A stretch of DNA of 64,000 nucleotides from Stegostoma tigrinum (taxonomy: Eukaryota). This document shows, piece after piece, positions 50,872 to 63,936 of the stretch. Each line of letters starts with the position of its first letter. The stretch's first letter is position 1. The position numbers were made by a program, and so were the translations under genes. The notes below the pieces were generated by a model that searched no databases, was not told where the DNA came from, and worked only from the letters and a program-made list of their open reading frames with translations. The stretch spans positions 5,746,497-5,810,496 of the forward strand of contig NC_081387.1 in NCBI RefSeq assembly GCF_030684315.1, in the 5' to 3' direction.

Positions 50872-52162
50872 ACATAATGCAGTGTGGAGCTGGAAGAGCA
50901 CAGCAGCCAGGCAGCATCAGAGGAGCAGGAAACTTGATGTATTGGGTCAGGACCCTTCTTCAGAAATGGGGCAGAGCTCCCTTCCCCCTCCCCAATAAAA
51001 AAGCCCTTCCCACCTCACCGACCAATCTCTACCACTGCCTACTTGAACTCACCTATCACCATTCCACCTGTCTTCCCCAGCAACCCCTAATTATTTCAGA
51101 CCTCCCTTCCCCTTCCATAAAAAAATCTCCTGAACATCCTAAGCTGTCCTCTTATTTCAAGGACTGCAACTTTCCCTCTTCAGTGGTCAAAAATGCTCTT
51201 GACTGTATTGCGTGCATTTCCCACACCTCTGCCCTCATGTCCTCTCCCTTCAACAAAAACAAAGACAGAACCCCCGTTGACATCCGGATTCAACGTATCA
51301 TTCTTTGCCACTTCCGCCACCTGCAAACTGACCCCACTACCAAAGATATATTTCCCTCCCTACCCCTATCTGCCTTCCGTAGGGACCGTGCTCTCCGCTT
51401 CACACTCCCTACTAGCCCTACTATCCCTGGCCCCTTTCCCTGCAACCGCAGGAAATGCTACACCTGCCTCTACACCTCCCCTCTCACCCCCTTCCAAGGA
51501 ATCAAAAACGCCTTCATATCAGACAGAGGTTCACCTACACTTCTTCCAATGTGGTTTATTGCATCCGCTGCTCCTGATGTGGCCTCCTCTACATTGGTGA
51601 GACCAAGCGGAGGCTCAGAGACCACATTGTAGAGCACCTGCATTCTGTTTGCGACAAACAGCAACACCTTCCAGTTGCGAACCACTTCACCTCCAACTCC
51701 CACTCCCTGGATGACATGTCCATCCTGGGTCTCCTCCAATGTCACAATGACGTCACCCAAAAACTGGAGGAGCAGCACCTCATATTCCACTTTGGGAGCT
51801 TACAACCACTGGTCTCAATGTGGACTTTACTAGTTTCAAAATCTCCCCACCCCTGGTCTCATCCGATGACCAACCCTCCCTGTCATCCCCACCTCCATGA
51901 CACAACCTAACACAACCTGTCCGTCTTCTCTCCCACCTATCTACTCCTCCCACCTCACTGACCAAACCCCACCACTGCCTACCTGGACTCAGCTATTACC
52001 ATCTCACCTATGTCCCCAAGCTCCTCCCCATCTCACTCTATTTATTTCAGGGGTCATTTCCCCCATCCCCCATAAGAAACGGTCCCATTTCTGAAGAAGG
52101 GTCCCGACCCGAAACATCAGCTTTCCTGCTCCTCTGATACTGCCTGACTTGCTGTGTTCCTT
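50872..52162 (+). mobile_element. Penelope-like fragment bracketed by inverted termini
   Basis: Internal GPFPCNRRKCYTC / GIY-YIG remnant; left end about 50872-50970 is the reverse complement of about 52083-52180. Confidence 0.85.
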
Positions 52163-52337
52163 CAGCTCCACACCGTGTTATCCTGTGCTTTCAAGAAACC
52201 CTGTTCTGAAAGTCCGAGAAGTTGAGGCACTGTGTGTACCTTAAAAAGAAACTGTATTATTTGGTATGATTCCAAGAATAGTAGGGCTCGGTCTATAGTG
52301 CACTATCCCAGAGGGTTGTAAAGAACAAAATAAATAC

Positions 52338-52628
52338 CATTCCTTTTGAAGTATTTCTTTCCAGCTTGCAAGTATCTCATTAATTGCTGAACACATGCAT
52401 CTTCTAGATGTTCTTCCCATAATGTGTTACAGGATCTAGCAGAATCCAATTTTTCCTTTACCTTCCCTGCATTGTTACTGGATGTGACCCATCTCATTCT
52501 GTCTGGCTCGAGGCTGATGTAGTCCTTTCCATCAAATCCGAATCGAATTGATCTCTTCATGGAACCTTTCCTCACTGTATTGTTTTCATTCACGTCCACA
52601 ATCCTAACCCATTGAAAAATGTGAATTC
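52338..52628 (-). pseudogene. MHC class I alpha2 exon (open, 291 nt, intact splice sites)
   Basis: GIHIFQWVRIVDV..RFGFDGKDYISLEPDRMRWV..LEDACVQQLMRYLQAGK; acag acceptor and gtattt donor. Confidence 0.92.
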
Positions 52629-54449
52629 CTGTCAGTGACCAAAAAAGGATCAACAATGAATTGTGATGGAATATGCTCCACTTACCTGAATGATTTCAGC
52701 TCCAGCAACATGCAAGAGGCTTGAGAGATTCCAGCGAAAGCAACTGCCTAATTGACACTCCACCTATCATCTTAAACATTCACTCCCATCAGCACCAATG
52801 CATAGTGACAGCAGTGCTGTCTACCAGGTACACTGCAGCAACTCAACAAGGCTCCTCAATGCAGCACCTCCTAAACCTGCAAGCTCTACCTAAAAGGATA
52901 AGTTGTAAAGCGATTTGAGAACCCTTCAAACCTACTTGTTCCTCTCCAAGTTCAGCAGAATGTGCACAACGTCACTATTCCTCCACAATCACTGATCAAA
53001 ATCCAGGAACATCCTTCCAAACAGTACTGGGGATGAAGAATGGATTACGGCCACAAGTTGAATGTTGTTCTTTTCATGGAGTGCTAATTTCATTGAGATT
53101 CAAGGAGCCTAATGAATCTTCACTTACTTTTGTCCCAAACTCTCCACAATAACTGCCAAAATGTACCCCTTATACCCAATTCTCCCACTGACAACAGTGA
53201 GAGCTCACCACTGTATGGATATCCCAGAAAGGACTGGCATCCCGAAAGCTGCTGCCAACTTCCAGAGAATTGAGAACGTTGCACAGCTGGTCAAGAACTG
53301 TTTGTCCAGATCTGTCCTGTACACTTTGTGATAATTGGCACAGTGGAGGAGTTTAGTATCTTGCTTTGTGGACAGGCATTTGGAGGTCCTAGAAAAGGGT
53401 TGGTATAGAGGAGAGGTGCTCTATTCCCTAAGGAGCAGCAGGGGAACCCATACACCACAGCCTAACGACCTGTTGCCCCTTGTTCAGTGCAGTGTCAACT
53501 GTCTGGGGGAAGGTCCAGCAAGTGGAGGAAGAAGCTCCTTTACCTTCTCTGTTCTGTCAGTGTAAGTTCCTCCATGAGTTATCTGTTGCTTCATACAGTC
53601 TATCTCAGCCATTGCACCGACTTCCCATCAAGGCTCATCTTGACTACTTACACTATCACATGCAACATCTTCCCTCTCTTGCTCTCTTGCTGCCTCTCAA
53701 CCCTCCCTAATATCCCACAGCACTAACTCTGCATGGTCTGTATGTTGTCTACTCACTTGCTCAGAGACATATCAGATTTATCCCACCTGGACCAGAACTA
53801 ATAGCTGTGCCACCTACTTTGTTTGTCTTTCATTGTTCAATACCAGGAGAAAACAGCACACAATAAGGCATTCAGCTCCTCACTGTTTACAGGGAGAGGA
53901 TCCTAACCCTGACTGTCCCAAGCAGATGAATGACTGTGTCCAAGCCCCTAGACAAGTATCAGGGCTGCCCCTTGATATACTGTGCCGGGAACCCCTGTCT
54001 CATGGCTGTCTGCCTTGACTTGGCTGAGGACTGCTCCTACCAGGACAACCTTCCTGGCTTTGTGTCTTTCCTAAAGGTATTGCAAAACAAAAATAATACA
54101 AGCCTGGTCATTCTGACCGAGGGAAGAAACACAAAAAAGCAGTGCTTGAGTGAGCATCCAGACAGGCTCAAAGTGAGAGAAAATAAACAGCCCAGGATAC
54201 AGCCTGGTCCAGCCTGTGAGCTGTGTGCCCCGTCAATGTGCGAGAAATATTTTTGCAAAGTGGCCGGCAAATATATAATGCCCAGCTCTGTGTGCATAGA
54301 GAGTGTATGCAGCTGCACTGAGAGCGAGATATTAATGCCAGGTGTCCAGGTTGGCAGTTCAGAGGAACAGGTAATGAATTTCACAGGTTTACCACCTACT
54401 GCATGGGGACATTTCTCCTCATCTCATTCCTAAATAGTTTATCCCATAT

Positions 54450-57420
54450 CTTAGGCTGTGACTTCCATTTCTGGACTCCTGCACCATTGGGAATATCCTT
54501 CCTGCAATACTCTGTCTTGCCCTGTTCAACTTTTATTGGTTTCTATGAGATCCTCACTCATTCTTCTGAATTCCAGCAAATATAATCCTAACCAATTGAA
54601 GGTCTCCTCATACATTAGTGCTGTCATCCCAGGAATCAGTCGGATAAATCCTCACTCAAGAACAAGAATATCCATCCTCAGATATGGAGAACAAAATGGC
54701 ACACTATATTCCTGGAGTGGTTTCACGCATGCTCTTGCAAGACATCCCTGCCACCTGCACTCGGATTCTCTCGTTATGAATGCCAACGTACCATACCTGC
54801 ATCCTTCTCACTGTTCATCCTCTCCCCCAGCTTTCTGTCATCTGCAGGTTTGGAGGCATAACACTTTGTTATATCATCAAAATCATTAATATATATTGTG
54901 CATGTCTGTGTTCCTGGCACTGATTCCTGCAGTACCCTACAATACACCACCGGCCAACTGGAAAAAGACGGCTTCATTTCCTTTCTATCCATCTCAATTT
55001 GCTATCCCCTGTGCTTTAATTTTACACGATAATCTCTTACGTGGGAACATTGTAAGAGACTTGTCAAAGTCAAAGTAAAGCAATATTGCACTGGCTGCTT
55101 CTCAACAACTCTATGAGTTACATTCTTATAGAATTGTGGTAGGTTTGTCTAGTGTGATCTCTTTTCTGTCTGATCCTGCTACTCCTTTGCAGCGCTCAGC
55201 TATAAAATCTTGTATAATGGACTCTAGCATTTTCCCCAGATGCAATATCAGACTTATTGGTCTATAATTCTAGTTTTCTCCCTACCTCCTTTTTAACACA
55301 GGGATTATGTTATCTAATCTTCAATATGCAGGAACTGTTCCACAGTCGATAGAGTTTAGGAAGATTACCACCAAAGCATCCATTATTTCCATGGCCAGTT
55401 CCCACCATTTTCCCCACTCTATATCGCTCCTAATACTGATTTCCTTCTGTTCTTACTCTCACTAAGTCATGTGTTCCCAAACATTTTTGGTGTGAACTTT
55501 ATGTTCCCCTTTGTGAACACAGAACTAAATTAGTTAGTTGGTTCACTGTTTCTTTGTTTCCCATTATAAGTTGTCTTGTTTCTGACTGTAAGGGACCTAT
55601 ATTTGTCTTCACCAATCTTTATTTCTTTACACACCTAAATAAACTTCTACAATCAGTTTTTATGTTCCACTTAAGCTGACTCTCGTACTCCATTTTCCCT
55701 TTCTAACTCAGTGCCTTTACCCTCGTTTGCTGAATTCTAAACTGTTCCCACTTCTCAGGTCAGTTTTTCTTTCTGACCGATATGTACATCTCGCCCTTGA
55801 ATCTGCTACTATTTCTAATTTCCTTTGTAAGCTTATTCTATGTAGCTTCAGGACCCTCGTGTAAGAATCAAGCACCTCACCCTCCACATTGATGAGGTCT
55901 TCTAACATATGATGGCCGCTCATCCACAAGGGGCATGGTACAACTGAATTGCCTATTATTGCTTTCTCATTACACAATACCCAATCTCATTTGGCCTGTT
56001 CTCTAGTTGGTTCCTTAATGTATTTGGGCCAGAAAATCATCCCGTAAAGACTCCAAGATTCCTCCTCTATGCTATTGGCACTAATTTGATTTGCCAAAAG
56101 TATGTACAGATTAACGTCACCCATAATCACAGATGTCCCTTTATTGGAGATAATGGGAACTGCAGATGCTGGAGATTCCAAGATAATAAAATGTGAGGCT
56201 GGATGAACACAGCAGGCCAAGCAGCATCTCATTGCATGTGTTTCTAATGTCCTGTTTAATGTGATTCTCATCATCACCCCTACACCTACTAACGTTTCTG
56301 CTCTTTGTGTTTCTTAGCTCTGCCCATATAGATTCCACATTATTGGAGCTAATATCCTTCCTTACTACTGCATGAATTTCCTGCTTAACCAGCAATGCAC
56401 CACCACCCGTTCCTTTTTGCCTGTTCTTCCAAAATACTGAGTACTCCTGAATGTTCATTTTGCATTTCTGGTCACACTGCAGTGATGTCTCCCTAACTTA
56501 CATGATATCGTATCTGTTTTTGTTGAGTTGCACAACTAGTTCATCCATGCTATTGAGAGTTGTAGAGTAATAGAGATGTTCAGAATGGAAAACAGACCCT
56601 CTATCCAACTTATCCATGCTGACCAGATTTCCTAAATTAATCTAGTTCCATTTGTCAGCAATTGGCCCATATCCCACTAAACCCTACTCACAAACCTGTC
56701 CAGATGCCCTTTAAATGCTGTAAATGTACCAGCCTTGACCACCTCCTCTGTCAATTCATTTCATACACATACATGAAAAAGTTGCCCCTTAGGTCTGTTT
56801 AAATCTTTCCCTTCTCACCTTAAATGTATGACCTCTAGTTTTGGACCCCCCCTATCCTGTGGAAAAGACCTTGGCAATTCATCATATCCATGCCCCTCTT
56901 GATGTTGTAAACTCCTATAAGGTCGCCCCTCAGCCTCTGATGCATCAGGGAAAATAGCCGCAGCCTATTCAAACTCTCCTTATCGCTCAAACCCTCCAAG
57001 CCTGGCAACATCCTTGTAAATCTTTCTGATCCCTTTCAAATTTCACAATTTTGTTCCAAAAGCAGGGAGACCAGAATGAATGCAGTATTCCAAAAATGGC
57101 CGAACCAATCTCCCATACAGCTGCAGCATGGCCTCCCAACCCTCAGACTCAATGCACTGACCAACAAAGGCAAGTATATCAAAAGCCTTCTTCACTGCCC
57201 TATCTACTGGGGACTCCACTTGTAAGAAACTGTGAACCTGCGCCCCAAGGTCTCTTTGTTCAGCAACTCTCCCCAGGCCCTTACTGTTCAGTGTCTAAGT
57301 CCTGCCCTTGTTTGCTCTGGCAAAATGCAGCACCTCACATTTATCGAAACTAAACTCCACCTGCTAATTTTCGGCCAATTTGCCCATCAGATCAAGGTCC
57401 CGTTATACTCTAAGCTTGTC
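54450..57420 (-). mobile_element. Several degraded CR1 copies, with a Penelope-end insert at about 56147-56230
   Basis: IYINDFDD..ADD; IMGDVN..EPTREQA; KGTGGGALLVK..ESIWAEL; CR1 3' ends. Confidence 0.8.
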
Positions 57421-58249
57421 TTTTTCAATGTTACTTATCCCATTCCCATTCTTTGTAACTGTGGCTCTGTTTAATCTTGGCCCTTGATTTCTCTGCCTAT
57501 TACTTTTCTGCCTTGTTTTCTTGCCCTTATTTCTCCTTCCCTTGTCACCCTGCATGGGATCCTATTGCTGGGAGGTGTGCTGAGTAGAGTGACTCAGGGG
57601 TCAGTGCTGGAGGCTGGGCTGTGTGGAGTGGCCCAGGGGTCAGTGCTGGGGGAATGGACTGAGTTGAGTGTTCCTGGTAGATTAGTCAGAGAATTAATTG
57701 TCTTGGTTGACTCAAGATAGTTTCAACAGGAATATGGATCCTTCCTCTAAACTCACACACACACACACAGAGTCATTTTAATATCATGTTAATTGTTTAT
57801 GAATGAGGGACTGCCACAGTACAGGCCCATCGGCACAACATCAAGAGCTGAAGGGCCTGTACTGTGCTGTAATGTTCTATGTTCTCTGTTCTATATACTT
57901 GATCCTCTCCACTTCTTTATCTCGCTGAGATATTTACTAAAAAGATTCCTATTCTCTTTTCACACAGCCTCCTGGGTCCACATTGTCCGTTCTGTAATAT
58001 CGAACAAGTTCGAGCCCACTCCATATATGTACATGTGAATTCAAACACAGTGAGGTGATTGGAGTTCTCCAGCAAGCTGCCCGTTCCTGGATGGTTGCAA
58101 TCATCTCACCAGTCTCTCACTCACTAAATCACAAACCTATCTCCTGAACTTCATCATTTTAGCAAACTTTCTAAAAAAGGAGAAGGAACAGAATAACACT
58201 CCCTGTTTCCATGTTCATGGTGTCTCATACAATGTACATCACAGTCTGC

Positions 58250-58960
58250 CATATAACTATGGCCTGCTAGCTGTCTCACATTTGGTACTCAGCAGAGTTA
58301 ATGGATAATTCCACATCACTTCTCACGATACTATGCTTTTCTCTTGAATAGGGGTTTTGACACGATGGTGGAGAGATGTCTGATTCAGAAGCAATTGGTA
58401 AACAGCTTTGAGATCCCTCAGTGTTATTTAAATAACAAAAGAAACATGTGTGTGTGGAGTCAGGCTCACAGAGACCCAGGGCTTTGGTTTTGCTTTCAGT
58501 TAGGGCTTGAAGTTGGCTGTTGAAGCTCATAGTTACAACTCACTCTCTCTGCTGCAGCAAAAGGCTTGAGTTCTCTCTTTGCTGCTAGGCTGCTTCTTTT
58601 GGTGATTTTCCTGGACTGGAGAGGAGATAGCACATGAGGAAAATCTATATTGCGGAATTTGATTTTGCCAAGGCTTTATTTACAGAATGCTGCCATATTG
58701 GAACAGTTGATGATTACTCATTAAATAGCATATTGGTTTGCTCAGTATTTCAACAGTGTTAAAGTCATGCCAATTATTCCTTTTTGTTGTTTGTGTTTTA
58801 ACTGTGTTGTATGAATAAACTGTGTTTTGCTTAAACCCTATCAGTGGTCCAATCAAATCATGTGACTTTAAACAAATCATTGACTTTAAACAAAATAAAA
58901 AAGTTACGGTCTAGGCTATCTCCTTGATATAGTTTGAGAGGCTTGGTTTGGTTCATAGCA
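58250..58960 (+). mobile_element. Possible solo LTR
   Basis: Non-coding, internal AATAAA near 58815, ends ..gttcatagCA; boundaries uncertain. Confidence 0.4.
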
Positions 58961-58971
58961 CATTGACCTTC

Positions 58972-59221
58972 CTAATTGTCTGGTTTGTACTTTTTATCAT
59001 TGTACTCATAAGCTGTTTTGCACTTTATGATAGTGTCTTCATGAGCCTTGCGATACATTTCCAGTATTCCACAACAAAAGAGTCTGCCATGAAGTGCAGT
59101 TTAGGGATGGTCTGACTGATATTAGTGTCAAAATAATCAACCTGAAATCCATTTACCATTACAATACTAGTAACCTCAGGCATATCATGAATGCTAGAAA
59201 CTGATGAAAATGTGTCAGTGA
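58972..59221 (-). pseudogene. MHC class I alpha1 exon
   Basis: ttttacag acceptor; DMPEVTSIVMVNGFQVDYFDTN..PKLHFM..VEYWK..; in-frame TAA at 59025-59027; ends in the conserved NQT glycosylation sequon. Confidence 0.85.
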
Positions 59222-60269
59222 CTGTAAAACAAACAAGAGACAGGTTACTAGCCATTTACACAGATTACTATGTGCTTCAAGTAGGCCCCATCCGCACCAT
59301 GATAGTCTTCCTTAATCCACCACTTTATCACACTTTCAAAGTCCTGTCTGATATTATAAACAGAAATATATTCAACTGGGTCAGAATTAGATGCTGCAGC
59401 CTCTCGTGAATAGGAATTAAGCACTGGATCAGTCAGGCATGCAATCTAGGGGTTGGAGAGTTAACACAGAAGATCACTAACCTGGAACAGGAACCTGGGA
59501 CATACGTAGTATGGGATTAATTGAGATAAATAGCGTGGGATCTATTATTAATCTGGAATACTATCTGGTCACACCCCATCTATCACTAACCCGGAACAGG
59601 AACTGGGGTCTGTGAGTGAATTTGTTATTGAAACTAAGAGAAACAGGAATATTTGCGAGAATAAAGTGTGAGACCATGGGGGAAAATATTGTGTGAATAG
59701 TCTCTCTGTTGAACAGAAGGATGGACAATCCAGTGCAAGATCTCCACTGTCCTTTACTGAGATTTTTAATCATTCCATTATACACGGCTAGTAGGAAGTT
59801 GGTGGTCTGAGTTCATTTGACCTATTCAACCATGAGCTTGGGGTAGGTTAAACATGAAGTATCCTTCTTCTCCCTGCAGTGTTTATGGGACTTTGTGCCA
59901 GGAGCGATGAAGCTGTTGGATTCCAATCGATGTGAAAATTAAAATTGCCCATTGGAACCAATTCCGATTTGCTCCGAGCTTCTCAGATCTCAGGATTTCT
60001 ACAAAACGGGATACAAATCCCATCAGAGTCTCACAGACTGCGCTGCCTTAAGTGTGTAAAATATCAGGCTGACTGTATAACAGGCGGCTGGTCAAACAGC
60101 CCCCATTTCAAACTCTCACCAAGAGATTCACATTCACTCCAGTGGTAGGTAAACCTTTAAAGACAATGTTTCGTAGGCCTTATCAAACTAAAATGAAATT
60201 GTGTGGTGAATTATTTGATTAAATCGCTAGATAGAAGGAAAACTCACGGAAGATGTCATGCAAATATGA

Positions 60270-62660
60270 ACATAGAACATAGAACAGTACAGCACAGTAC
60301 AGGCCCTTTCGTCCACGATGTTGTGCCTACCTATTATCCTACTCTAAGATCAAACTACCGTGCATACCCTATACTTTACTATGATCCATGTGCCTATCCA
60401 AGAGTTACTTAAATGTGAGAACTCATTTCTCCATTAATCCAAATGGACTAGACACTGTCACATCTCCTCCTCCTGTAGGATTTGAGCAGATCTGACAAGT
60501 CAAAACTGGATATCCATGAGGCCCTGTGAGCCATCAACTGCAGCAGAATTATGTCCAAATGCAATGTACAGCCTCATTGCTCCGCATATCCCCCACTCCT
60601 TCATTGCCATCGAGCCAAGGAATCCCCTGTGACTGAAGCTCCATGTCTCTTCTCATACCCAGCTTTACTGGCTCTGAGCCTGAAAAATCACCCTGACTAT
60701 GCTTGAGCTTCCACATCACTGAGACTCAGCAATTGCTCATATTTTTGCATAAGAATATAAGAAATTGGAGCAAGGACAGGCATTTTAGTCCCTTGATAAT
60801 GAGTGATATCATTTGGTTCTCAATTCCATTTTCCTGCCTAAAACCTTTTCTTGTTACAAGCTAAAAATCTGTCTATCTCCTTAAATTTGTTCAGTGTCCG
60901 GTGTTCACTGTCCTCTGTGGTAGAGAATTCTACAGATTTGTAACCTTTTGAAAGATGTAATTCCACTTCATTTCAGTTTTAAATCTGCTCACCCTTATCC
61001 TAAGCTGTGTCCCCTTAGTCCTACATTGACTCATTTGAGGAAGTGTCTGCTTTACGCTGACCTTGTCAATCTCCTTCAGCATCTTATGTACTTCAATTAG
61101 ATTTCCACATAACAGGCAACATAAACTAAAAGAAAGGGTTCATGAAAATGCAAAAAAAAACTGATTGGAAAGATGCAAAGACCAGGACAGGGCCACAAAG
61201 CAGCTTATAAAAGCAACTAAAAGAGGTTGTGAAAGGAAATTTGAAATGCACTTCAAAATCAAGAAGAAGAAATATTACTGTTAAATAAATGCAAAGGGAG
61301 TAGTGGGGGCAATACCAGCCAATTAAAGATTGAATGAGCATAGGGAAATGACAGCATGTTGAATAATTACTTCACCTCATTATTTACAGTAGAAAAGGAT
61401 CACAGCTAGCTTGAACTTCCAAAGAAATGAGTAGTAGATTGAGACATTGAAATGAATAACATTAAAGCCAGTAAAACATCAATAATCAAAGAATTAAGTA
61501 AAATTGAGTGGCAAATTCCTGGGACCTGACAGTTTCCATCTGAGGATGTTAAGGGAAGTAGGGGAACACATTGTAGATGCCCGAACTATAATCTTTCAGA
61601 GTTCTCAATATATATGAATTGTCCATATGGATTAGAAAATTGCATGTGTCACTCTGTTTTGTCAGGATCTCCATGTGAGGACCTATGTTAGGGCTTCAAT
61701 TATTTACATTATGTATTAATTACTTTAATAGTGGCATATAAAGTCTTAAATCCAAACGTGTCGATGATAGAAAGTTAAGTGGCATTGTAGGCAGTTTAGA
61801 TGTAGACAACAGCATAAAATTACAAAGGGATATTGATAGGCAAAGTTAATTGGGAAAAATGTAGCTGGACTTCATTATAGAAGGAGTGAGTGTACCAAAA
61901 ACGTTAGATCAGGGTAGGTTCAAGAAGGCATGAAGTTAAATACAGTGGCTATCCAAAGAGACTTGAGGTTCAGAAGCATTGATCTTTGCAATGTCACAAA
62001 CAGGTACAGAAAATAATGAAGAAAGCTAATTGAACTCTGGCCTTTGTATCTACAGAATTGAAGGATGCAGAAATTATTTTGCAGCTACACAAAGACCTGG
62101 TCATATCCCAGATAGTGAACTGTGAGCAGGTCTGGGCACCATACCTTAGGAAGGATGTATTTGCACTGGGGCTCAAAACAGTTTGCAAGAATGATATCTG
62201 AACTTCAGTTAAGAGGAGAGATTATACAAACTAGGCCTGTTTTCTAGAAGGTTCAAAGCTTAAACTATAAGCCTTCTAGATTAATTCCAGAGATGATAGG
62301 CTTGTCTTATGAAAAGTTATTGAACAGTTTGTACTCACGAGATGTTAGAAGAAGAAACACGAGTAGGCCATTCAGCCCCACAAGCCTGTTATACTGCTCA
62401 ATAAGATTGAGGCAATCAGATTAAAATCATTAAGTTAAATGATTATGATTAAATCATAAATGTCGGTGGATGTAGACCAGTTATTAATATTAAATCTGAG
62501 ATAGATAAATTTGTGTTAAGCAGAAGTATTAATAGATATGGGTCCATAGCATATCTTCTGATAGTAAGTAGAGTTAGACTACAGAACAATCACAATATTG
62601 TTAAATAGTGTAACAGACTAGAGGGGATGAATGGCCTCCTATTTTTGTGTTCTTATGTTC
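60270..62660. mobile_element. CR1 fragments (3' ends on minus at about 60270-60415 and 60750-61110; degraded plus-strand copy 61130-62660)
   Basis: (aacatag)n tails; GPDSFHLRMLRE; gtcgatgat (ADD-like); ggtctgggcaccatacc. Confidence 0.7.
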
Positions 62661-63210
62661 TAAACTCCAGTAAGTTGAGGCCTAAATTGGTGAATATCTC
62701 CTTGTAAAGTAAACCTGTCATCTCTAGAATAAAGCAGTGAACCTGCAGATTAAGATCGAGGAAAGGATCAAGTTTCAATGCAAATCGGGCACAGTCTTCA
62801 AAGGCTGTTATATTATTGGCTTCTCCTGTGTGTAAACAGAACTTGTTTTAGCCCAGTGTGTTTTATTCACAGTTTCTGACTGGAATAGGGACAGTGGATT
62901 CCCAGAATGTTGCTGATTCTTTTCTCCACCTCCCTGTATTTTTTCCTGGGTCTCACCTGTTGCGTACGGAATTCATCTTTCCATTCTCACTCTCTGTTTT
63001 CCAACTCAGGATGAGAACATTACTTTCCTGGAATTTTGCTTGATGGATTTGGTAGCGTTTCATGAGAGAACTGATCTCTCTCCAGTCTGGATCTGAGCCA
63101 GTTTCACAATCTCTCAGGGACTGGGGGCACAGGTTGATAACCCTCCCCGGAAGGCAGGGACATGAGCAGATTCACCCTTGATCTCTGGGCTGGTATTGAA
63201 AGCAACCAGG

Positions 63211-63422
63211 GAGACGTTAAAATGAAATAAGATCCTATTAATCAACTCCCAATGAGAGCAGAGTGCCAGCTGAAAGATAGCCGTGATATAGAGGTACTGG
63301 TGTTGCCAGGCCTGGTTGGTTGATGTTCAACACCAGTACCTCTATATCACGGCTATCTTTCAGCTGGCACTCTGCTCTCATTGGGAGTTGATTAATAGGA
63401 TCTTATTTCATTTTAACGTCTC
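63211..63422. repeat. Perfect 95-bp inverted repeat with 22-nt spacer
   Basis: 63211-63305 is the exact reverse complement of 63328-63422. Confidence 0.95.
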
Positions 63423-63424
63423 AG

Positions 63425-63537
63425 TACATCAGGTGAACCGTTGCTCATTTCACCTGATGAAGGAGCAGTGATTCAACAGCTTGTGGTTTCAAATAAAACT
63501 GTTGAACTATAACCTGGTATTGTTTTACTTCTGACCA
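63425..63537 (+). mobile_element. Degenerate Penelope-type terminus (third subfamily)
   Basis: cacctgatgaaggagcag..aaataaaactgttgaactataacctgg. Confidence 0.6.
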
Positions 63538-63776
63538 AGTGAAAGGGTGATGGGTGCTTGTACTGGTAAGCAGCATTCCCGCTCAGGGCGCGGTACTGAC
63601 AGGTAGCATTTTTGTAGCAGCCCAGGACTGCACTTACTCATCGCTTCCTGCTCTGTGTTGTACACAATGTTCATTGACACTGACTTTGAGAGTGAACGAA
63701 GCTTGAGTCGAAAGAGAGAAGTTATAATAATCGCAACCACAGCCGGTACGACTGGTGAAACAGCCAGAATTATTGG

Positions 63777-63936
63777 CTGCATGATTACCGGCACTGGCCT
63801 ACAACCAGTATTACTGGCACTCGTCTAATATTACTGGCACCACACCTAGTAATTCTGCATGATTACCGGCACTGGCCTACAACCAGTATTACTGGCACTC
63901 GTCTAATATTACTGGCACCACACCTAGTAATTCTGC
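63777..63936. repeat. Exact 78-bp tandem duplication within a degenerate ~20-bp minisatellite
   Basis: Unit starts at 63777 and 63855; sub-unit ccagtattactggcac recurs to the window end. Confidence 0.9.

Larger units (their letters stand above)
43653..59221 (-). pseudogene. Non-classical MHC class I heavy chain-like gene, probably a pseudogene
   Basis: Correct exon order and phase-1 junctions: alpha1, alpha2, alpha3, TM, 33-nt cytoplasmic exon, last exon. Stop in alpha1, frameshift in alpha3, stop in TM exon. Confidence 0.88.

Noticed and set aside
53300-54430. ORFs of 115-167 aa
   Set aside because: No recognisable domain; probably decayed, unclassified TE sequence
60110-60175. Class I leader exon candidate (minus-strand GTGAG donor near 60118)
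   Set aside because: No ATG with a hydrophobic core, and in-frame stops; not supportable
62945-63195. Exon-like segment on the minus strand (acceptor near 63190, donor near 62955)
   Set aside because: No recognisable peptide or signal sequence in any frame
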